NCBI GenBank assembly: GCA_041498975.1
Contig: JBGQJI010000033.1
Coordinates: 1-21,873, forward strand
DNA from: Candidatus Methylomirabilis sp.
GTDB lineage: Bacteria; Methylomirabilota; Methylomirabilia; Methylomirabilales; Methylomirabilaceae
Reading direction: 5' to 3'
DNA length: 21,873 nucleotides
The notes under the pieces are model-generated. The model searched no databases and was not told where the DNA came from. It saw only the letters and a program-made list of their open reading frames with translations. Below, in pieces: positions 16,052-21,873 of this stretch. The first letter of the stretch is position 1. Each line of letters begins with the position of its first letter. The position numbers were made by a program, and so were the translations under genes.

Positions 16052-18342
16052 TAAAAGACCGATCCGACCGTCAAGTGCGCCGCGCCGCGCGGCTCCCCAA
16101 GCCGTCTGTCCAGGTTCAAACCATACTCGACCCGGACTAACCCAAAGGGGGTGGCCACCCGAAGCCCGGCCCCGGCGGTCGGTCGCAGTTCGAACGAAAG
16201 CGCCTCGTCCACGTCGAACACATTCCCCGCATCGAAAAAGAACAGGCCCTTGACCCCTAACGGTTCATAGATCGGGAACAGCACCTCATTGTTGAAGAAG
16301 ATCGCCTTGTTGCCGCCGATGCGGTTTCCATTCACATCGACCGGGCTCAGGGTGAACGTCTTGAACCCGCGGACCGTGTTGGTGCCGCCGAGGAAGATCC
16401 GCTCCTGGGTCGGGAGGGGCTTGTCGCCGAACGGCTCAACGATGATCAGGTCCCCCCGGACATGCCCAACGAACTTCCAGAACAGGGGGTGGTAGTAGTT
16501 CAGATCGAGGCTGAACTTATTGAACTCATTATCCCCTCCAAAGAACTTTGCGGCCAGAGCGTATGTTGCGGTGCCGGAGAACCCGCGCGTGGGATCGCGG
16601 CGATTGTCCCTCAGGTCCACCGACAGGCCGAAGCCAACGCTGCCAGTGGTGGTCGTTCCCTCTTTGATCGATGCGGTGGGGCTGGTTTGCTGCTGGATGA
16701 GGGCGTCAGTCAGGTTGAAGATCCGGACCTGCTCGAAGCGATAAGAAATCGACCCGAACAGCTCCTTGTAGACCTGCCGGCCCAAGGTAAGCGACCCGCC
16801 CTTGGCATCCTGGTCGAAGCCGGTGAAGCTCTGGAAGAGCAGGCGCTGGTTGTACAGCGAGAGATCAAAAGAGGCCTCGGTGTCGAGGATATGAGGATCC
16901 TGGAACCGCAAAACGAACCGATTGGCATTGCTGCCGAGCTGACCCGAGAAGGAGACCCGTTGCCCCAGCCCCAGAAAGTTATTCTGGGAGATGGAGCCCG
17001 CGCCCAGGACCCCATCTATCGAGCTGAAGCCCGCGCCGATGGCAAACGACCCGGTCGGCTTCTCCTTGACCGTCACGTCGATGTCAACCCGGTCCTCGGC
17101 TGTGCCACGTCTGGTGTCCACCTTCACGTCCTCGAAGTACCCGAGGTTGTTCAGGTTCTGGCGGCTGCGAGCCAACAGACGGCTGTTGTAGAGGTCGCCC
17201 TCAATCAGCGCGATCTCCCGCCGGATCACCTTGTCACGGGTCTTTGTGTTGCCGGAGATCTCGATCCGCTCAACAAAGACCTGCTTCCCCTCGCTGACCT
17301 CCAGGCCGACATCGACGATATGGTTGGCCCGATCGGTATTGATGATGGGCGCGACGTCGGCGAAGAGATACCCACGCTCCGAATAACGGTCTGTGACGTT
17401 CAGGATGTCCCGCTGGAGCACCTCGCGGCTGAAGATCCCCCGCTTGGCGATCTGCAGCGGCCGGAGAACCTCGTCGGTGGCAAAGACGGTGCTTCCTGTG
17501 ACCCTCACCTCTCCCACGCGGTACTGGGCGCCCTCTTCCACCCGGATCGTGATCTCCAGCTTGCGCTTCTGTTCGATCACCCGGATCTCCGGCTCCTCCA
17601 CCTTGATGTCCAGGTACCCGTTGTCCAGGTAGAAGGCTTTGATCCTGTCCAGATCACGCTGCAACTCCTCCCGTTTCAGTGTGCCGTAAAAGAAGAACAG
17701 GAGCAGCTCTCGCGTGGCGATGTGATCCTTGATGTCTCTCTCGCTTAGCCCTTTGGCCCCCACGAACCGAATGCTGGAGATATTGAACTTCCCTCCTTCG
17801 TCGATCTGGAAGACGACCGAGACATCCCCTTCGGCCCCCTTTTCCACTTGAGGGACGACCTTTGCCTGGTAGTACCCCTCCTCCTCGTACAGCAGTCGGA
17901 CCTTTTCTGCGTTGCTGGCGATGGCCTGCGGGTTGAAGACGCCTCCCTCCGTCAAGGCGAGTTTCTCCTTGACCTTGTCAGTGGCGATCTGCTTGTTGCC
18001 CTTGATCTTCACCTCACGGATGGTCGGCTTTTCGGTCAGGATGAAGGTAACCTTCAGACCTCCTTCGAACACCTCGGCGTCCACGGCCACGTCATCGAAA
18101 AAGCCCAGCCGGTAGAGCGCCTTCACATCGTCCCTCGTCTTGTCCAAGAAGAAAGGCTCCCCAACCTTGGTTTTGAGCTTGAATCGGATGGTCCCCTCAT
18201 CGATCTTCCGGCTTCCCTTGATATCGATCTGCTTGACCATGGCACGATCCTGGGCCTGCGCCCTGCCGAATGTGAGCGCCAAAAAGAAGAGGAGGAGCGA
18301 GCTGACGGCGACAACCTTGACGCTTTTCGCAGAAGTGTGCAC
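16051..18342 (-). CDS. bamA: Outer membrane protein assembly factor BamA
   Basis: Signal peptide, POTRA-type repeats (e.g. GNTKTRDKVIRRE, LNNLGYF), VKEKPTGS barrel start, VRGF loop-6 motif, C-terminal Phe. Start tentatively GTG 18342 (GAGGAG upstream); the track gives 18387. Confidence 0.96.
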   Translation of the reverse strand: MHTSAKSVKVVAVSSLLLFFLALTFGRAQAQDRAMVKQIDIKGSRKIDEGTIRFKLKTKVGEPFFLDKTRDDVKALYRLGFFDDVAVDAEVFEGGLKVTFILTEKPTIREVKIKGNKQIATDKVKEKLALTEGGVFNPQAIASNAEKVRLLYEEEGYYQAKVVPQVEKGAEGDVSVVFQIDEGGKFNISSIRFVGAKGLSERDIKDHIATRELLLFFFYGTLKREELQRDLDRIKAFYLDNGYLDIKVEEPEIRVIEQKRKLEITIRVEEGAQYRVGEVRVTGSTVFATDEVLRPLQIAKRGIFSREVLQRDILNVTDRYSERGYLFADVAPIINTDRANHIVDVGLEVSEGKQVFVERIEISGNTKTRDKVIRREIALIEGDLYNSRLLARSRQNLNNLGYFEDVKVDTRRGTAEDRVDIDVTVKEKPTGSFAIGAGFSSIDGVLGAGSISQNNFLGLGQRVSFSGQLGSNANRFVLRFQDPHILDTEASFDLSLYNQRLLFQSFTGFDQDAKGGSLTLGRQVYKELFGSISYRFEQVRIFNLTDALIQQQTSPTASIKEGTTTTGSVGFGLSVDLRDNRRDPTRGFSGTATYALAAKFFGGDNEFNKFSLDLNYYHPLFWKFVGHVRGDLIIVEPFGDKPLPTQERIFLGGTNTVRGFKTFTLSPVDVNGNRIGGNKAIFFNNEVLFPIYEPLGVKGLFFFDAGNVFDVDEALSFELRPTAGAGLRVATPFGLVRVEYGLNLDRRLGEPRGAAHLTVGSVF

Positions 18343-18399
18343 CTGACGACGTCGCTCCTCGAGTCTACACGTGCCACAAGCGGTCAAACTTGCGTCAGG

Positions 18400-18428
18400 A
18401 CTGTACCACCTTTGCCAGGGAAAGGCAA
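18400..18428 (-). promoter_or_regulatory. Candidate sigma70 promoter upstream of bamA
   Basis: Minus strand TTGCCT (18428-18423), 17-nt spacer ending TGG (extended -10), TACAGT (18405-18400). Confidence 0.6.
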
Positions 18429-18487
18429 GCGAAAGTCCACCAGGAGCGTGGCAAAATCGAGGGGTTATGGAGTAAAGGGGGGTGAGG

Positions 18488-20920
18488 CTACTTAGGGGCT
18501 TCGAGGAGGCTGACCTCCTCGAACGTCAAGGCATCCCCCTCCAGCTTAACCCTGAGGACGCCTCCCTCCGGGAAGCGCCCCTTAAGGACCTCTTCGGCCA
18601 GGGGGTCCTCGACGAACCGTTGGATGGCACGGCGAAGGGGCCTGGCACCGAGGGTCGGGTCGTACCCTCGATTGATCAGGAAATCCTTCGCATCGTCATC
18701 GACGGCAAGCGAGATCTTGCGTTCCCCGAGCTGAAGCTGGAGCCGGTTCAGCATCAGGTCGACGATCTTTCGAAGGTCGTCTTTCCCCAACTGGTGGAAG
18801 ACGATCACCTCGTCAATGCGGTTGAGCAATTCCGGGTTGAAGACCTTTTTCAGCTCGCTCAGGATGGTTTCCTTCATCTTATCGTACGTCACTGCCTCGT
18901 CACCTCCCTTGGCGAAGCCCAGCGAGGTGTGGAGCCCGATCTGGCGGGCGCCGATATTGCTCGTCATGACCAGGATCGTGTTCTTGAAGTCAACGATCCT
19001 TCCATAACTATCGGTGAGACGGCCATCCTCGAAGATCTGGAGGAGGAGATTGAAGACCTCCGGGTGCGCCTTCTCGATCTCATCGAGGAGGATCACAGAG
19101 AACGGGCGACGGCGCACCTTCTCTGTAAGCTGACCCGAATCGTCGTACCCGATATAGCCAGGAGGGGCGCCGATGAGGCGGGAGGTGGAGAATCGCTCCA
19201 TGTACTCCGACATATCGACCCGAATCAGCGCGTCCTCCGTCCCGAAGAGGAATTCGGCCAACGCCTTGGCCAGCTCGGTCTTCCCCACGCCGGTCGGCCC
19301 TAGAAAGATGAACGATCCGACAGGCCGGTTCGGGTTCTTGATCCCCGCGCGCGAGCGACGAATCGCTCTGCTGATGCCTTCGATCGCCTCGATCTGTCCC
19401 ACCACCCGCTTGGCCAGCTCCTGTTCCATCCGGATCAGCTTGGCCGACTCCTCCTCCTCGATCTGGTACAGGGGGATCCCTGTCCACTTCGAGACGATGT
19501 AGGCGATCTCTTCGGCCGTGACGACCGTCCTCTCCTTCGCCCGGGACTCCTTCCAGCGCGCCTTCTTCTCTTCCAGGTCGGCCCGGAGCTTGCGCTCCGA
19601 ATCGCGAAGCCTGGCCGCCACCTCGAAGGCTTGAGTTCGGATGGCGTCTTCCTTCTGGCTGCGGAGGCGCTCGACCTCGTTCTCCATCTCACGGAGCTCC
19701 TGGGGCAGCATCAACGTTTTGAGTCGCGCCCTCGAGCCGGCCTCGTCGATGACGTCGATCGCCTTATCGGGGAGAAAGCGATCGGCGATGTAGCGCTGGG
19801 ACAGACGGACCGCGGCGGTCACCGCCTCGTCCGTGATGACGGCAGAGTGATGCGCCTCATACCGGTCTTTGATCTCCCGGAGGATCCGGATCGTCTCGTC
19901 CACGCTGGGCGGCCCGACCTGGATCGCCTGGAACCGCCGCTCCAGCGCCCGATCTTTCTCGATATGGCGGCGGTACTCATCGAGGGTGGTCGCGCCGATG
20001 CATTGCAGCTCTCCGCGCGCCAGCGCCGGCTTCAGCATATTCGACGCGTCGATCGCCCCCTCTGCCGCACCTGCCCCCACGAGGGTATGGAGCTCGTCGA
20101 TGAAGAGAATGATGCTTTGGGTCTGCTGAATCTCTTTGACGACGGCCTTCAACCGCTCCTCGAATTGGCCACGATACTTGGTGCCGGCGACCATGCCGGC
20201 GAGGTCAAGCTGGACCACTCGCTTCCTCAGCAGGGTCTCGGGCACATTACTGGCCACGATCCGCTGGGCCAATCCCTCAACGATGGCGGTTTTCCCGACG
20301 CCGGCCTCCCCGATCAGCACCGGGTTATTCTTGGTCCGACGCGAGAGGATCTGGATGACCCGCTCGATCTCCGATTCCCGCCCGATGACCGGGTCCAGCT
20401 TGTCCTGGCGCGCCATGGCGGTCAGGTCCACGCCGAACTCATCCAGCGCCGGCGTCCTCGTCGAGGTCGTGGTCTTGGAAGCCTGCTCGCCGAGTAACTC
20501 CTGGGCCTGCGCCTTGGCCGCGGCCACGCTGACGCCGAAGTCCCTCAGGACCAGGGAGGCGATCCCCTCACCCTCGCGGATGAGCCCAAGCAGGAGGTGC
20601 TCCGTCCCGATATAGTTGTGCCCCAATGACCTAGCCTCGGAGATGGCGTATTCCAGGACCTTCTTGGCCTGTGGGGTAAAGGGGATCTCCCCGGCAGGGC
20701 TGAACTCAGAGCCAGCCGAGACGATCTTCTCGATCTCCCCTTTCACCGCGGCGATGTTCACGTTCAGCTTCTTGAGGATCGCGACCGCAAGTCCGTCGCC
20801 TTCACGGATCAGCCCGAGCAGCAGGTGCTCGGTGCCGACGAAGTTGTGCCCGAGACGGATGGCTTCCTCCCGGGCCAGGATGATCACCTTGCGGGCTCGC
20901 TCTGTGAATCGCTCGAACAT
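18488..20920 (-). CDS. clpC: ATP-dependent Clp protease ATP-binding subunit ClpC
   Basis: [10 protein letters not shown] with a double Clp-N repeat (GTEHLLLGL x2), Walker A GEAGVGKT and GPTGVGKT, short UVR-type middle domain, LGF ClpP-docking loop, GARPLRR. 810 aa. Confidence 0.96.
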   Translation of the reverse strand: MFERFTERARKVIILAREEAIRLGHNFVGTEHLLLGLIREGDGLAVAILKKLNVNIAAVKGEIEKIVSAGSEFSPAGEIPFTPQAKKVLEYAISEARSLGHNYIGTEHLLLGLIREGEGIASLVLRDFGVSVAAAKAQAQELLGEQASKTTTSTRTPALDEFGVDLTAMARQDKLDPVIGRESEIERVIQILSRRTKNNPVLIGEAGVGKTAIVEGLAQRIVASNVPETLLRKRVVQLDLAGMVAGTKYRGQFEERLKAVVKEIQQTQSIILFIDELHTLVGAGAAEGAIDASNMLKPALARGELQCIGATTLDEYRRHIEKDRALERRFQAIQVGPPSVDETIRILREIKDRYEAHHSAVITDEAVTAAVRLSQRYIADRFLPDKAIDVIDEAGSRARLKTLMLPQELREMENEVERLRSQKEDAIRTQAFEVAARLRDSERKLRADLEEKKARWKESRAKERTVVTAEEIAYIVSKWTGIPLYQIEEEESAKLIRMEQELAKRVVGQIEAIEGISRAIRRSRAGIKNPNRPVGSFIFLGPTGVGKTELAKALAEFLFGTEDALIRVDMSEYMERFSTSRLIGAPPGYIGYDDSGQLTEKVRRRPFSVILLDEIEKAHPEVFNLLLQIFEDGRLTDSYGRIVDFKNTILVMTSNIGARQIGLHTSLGFAKGGDEAVTYDKMKETILSELKKVFNPELLNRIDEVIVFHQLGKDDLRKIVDLMLNRLQLQLGERKISLAVDDDAKDFLINRGYDPTLGARPLRRAIQRFVEDPLAEEVLKGRFPEGGVLRVKLEGDALTFEEVSLLEAPK

Positions 20921-20963
20921 CTGCTCGCTCCCTTTTCCTTAACGGCTGATATGAAGGACCATC

Positions 20964-21069
20964 GAGTCCCGCTCCAACTATGTCCGCCGAACCGTGAGGC
21001 TTCGGTGAATCACACGGATGTCCTGCGTATCACCCTGCCATTCGCCGCAAAGAGTTGGAACAGTTCTAG
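20964..21069. mobile_element. Degenerate third member of the same TIR element family, opposite orientation
   Basis: GAGTCCCGCTCCAACTA (20964-20980) is 14/17 and revcomp TAGAACTGTTCCAACTC (21052-21068) is 13/17 to the copy-1 end TAGTGCCGTTCCAACTA. GTGAGGCTTC occurs 30 nt from the terminus in both copies. Confidence 0.55.
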
Positions 21070-21095
21070 TATACCCGATGCCACGGGAAATTCAA
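21068..21095 (-). promoter_or_regulatory. Candidate sigma70 promoter upstream of clpC
   Basis: Minus strand TTGAAT (21095-21090, overlapping the lolD stop), 16-nt spacer, TATACT (21073-21068). Confidence 0.5.
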
Positions 21096-21772
21096 GTCCT
21101 CTCCACAATTCGGCCGTCCAGCATGGCGACGATTCGGTCCGACCGGTGGGCCAACCCCTCGTTGTGCGTCACCATGACGAAGGTCAGGCCACGCTCCCGG
21201 TTCAGCCGCTGCAGCAGCTCGAATGCCGCATCGCCTGTCTTCGTGTCCAGATTCCCGGTCGGTTCATCCGCCAGGATGACCTTGGGTCCCGCCCCCAGGG
21301 CCCGCGCGATGGCCACCCGCTGTTGCTCTCCGCCGGAGAGTTCGGGAGGCCGGTGATCAAGCCTCGGCTCGAGCCCCACGTCCTTGAGCAGGGAGGCGGC
21401 GATCTCCTGGGCCTGCGACCTCTTCCGGCGCGCCACCAGGAGGGGCATCATGACGTTCTCCAACGCGGTAAACTCGGGGAGCAGGTGATGGAACTGAAAG
21501 ATGAAGCCGATCGTCTGGTTGCGAAAGCTGGCCAGTTGTCCATTGTCTAACCGTCCCAGGCTCACACCGTCATAGGAGATCTCACCCGCTGTGGGGCGGT
21601 CGAGGGCGCCCAGAAGATGCAGGAGTGTGCTCTTGCCGACGCCGGATGGGCCCACGATCGCGACGAACTCGCCCTTCTCGATGCTGAGATCGACACCTTT
21701 GAGAACCTCGACGGTTCCGCTGCCGACCCGGAACGACTTGTGGACTTCCTTTGCCTTGATGAACTCACTCAT
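21092..21772 (-). CDS. lolD: Lipoprotein-releasing ABC transporter ATP-binding protein
   Basis: GPSGVGKS, LolD motif GFIFQFHHLLPEFTALENVMMP, LSGGEQQR, LADEPTGNLD. Start moved to ATG 21772, overlapping the lolC/E end. Confidence 0.95.
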   Translation of the reverse strand: MSEFIKAKEVHKSFRVGSGTVEVLKGVDLSIEKGEFVAIVGPSGVGKSTLLHLLGALDRPTAGEISYDGVSLGRLDNGQLASFRNQTIGFIFQFHHLLPEFTALENVMMPLLVARRKRSQAQEIAASLLKDVGLEPRLDHRPPELSGGEQQRVAIARALGAGPKVILADEPTGNLDTKTGDAAFELLQRLNRERGLTFVMVTHNEGLAHRSDRIVAMLDGRIVERT

Positions 21773-21873
21773 AGCGGATCGCGACGATGGGGTCGAGCCT
21801 GGCCGCCTGCCAGGAGGGGTAGAGCGTCGCGAGAAAGCTGAGCAGCAGCGCCGAGGTGGCAATCAACACCAGG
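21765..21873 (-). CDS. Lipoprotein-releasing ABC transporter permease LolC/E, C-terminal fragment
   Basis: Hand translation ...LVLIATSALLLSFLATLYPSWQAARLDPIVAIRYE* matches the LolC/E terminal pattern YP..A..P..A.RYE and overlaps the lolD start. Confidence 0.9.
   Translation of the reverse strand, partial: LVLIATSALLLSFLATLYPSWQAARLDPIVAIRYE

Noticed and set aside
18436..18453. Small stem CCAC/GTGG after clpC as an intrinsic terminator
   Set aside because: The stem is short with a 7-nt loop and only a 3-U tail, so it is unconvincing.
20921..21096. Heat-shock control sites (sigma32, CIRCE, CtsR) upstream of clpC
   Set aside because: CTTGAA is present but there is no CCCCAT-type -10, no TTAGCACTC-N9-GAGTGCTAA and no clear GTCAAA direct repeat.
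779..21841. Long plus-strand ORFs (e.g. 779-1663, 5477-6691, 7380-8411, 16462-17748, 18482-19303, 19631-20497) and alternative-frame minus ORFs
   Set aside because: They lie over well-recognised genes, show no family motifs and have the composition of antisense shadows typical of high-GC coding DNA.
1..21873. A novel protein-coded defence, prophage or mobile system
   Set aside because: Every substantial CDS maps to a known envelope or housekeeping family. I see no integrase, transposase, nuclease or anomalous gene island.

Overview
A GC-rich, single-orientation (all real genes on the minus strand) cell-envelope cluster from a diderm bacterium. In transcription order (right to left): lolC/E (3' end only), lolD, clpC, bamA, skp, lpxD, fabZ, lpxA, lpxI, GnnA-like Gfo/Idh/MocA oxidoreductase, lpxB, DUF374/LpxJ-like acyltransferase, waaA (kdtA), lpxK, lpxL-like acyltransferase, a WaaF-like heptosyltransferase fused to GmhB, a WaaC-like heptosyltransferase, an NAD-dependent sugar epimerase, an AmrB/MEMO1-family protein, and (missed by the ORF track) a secreted YVTN-type beta-propeller repeat protein running off the left edge. 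The gene order reminds me of Methylomirabilota (NC10) or related lineages, but that is inference only. I see no transposase, CRISPR array, tRNA/rRNA or defence gene. The coding content is mostly housekeeping, and the unexplained signal is in the intergenic gaps: (i) a family of about 105-165 bp MITE/REP-like elements with shared terminal inverted repeats, two of which start exactly at the G of the upstream gene's TAG stop; (ii) inverted heptamer arrays between lpxA and lpxI that carry a 42-codon ORF bridging the lpxA stop and the lpxI start (TAATG overlap); (iii) further structured spacers. Protein-level oddities are an LpxA lacking the usual QDLK motif next to a gnnA-like gene with no gnnB, the WaaF-GmhB fusion and a lone amrB. 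Several start codons were moved from the ORF track using RBS and overlap evidence. All alignments were done by eye.
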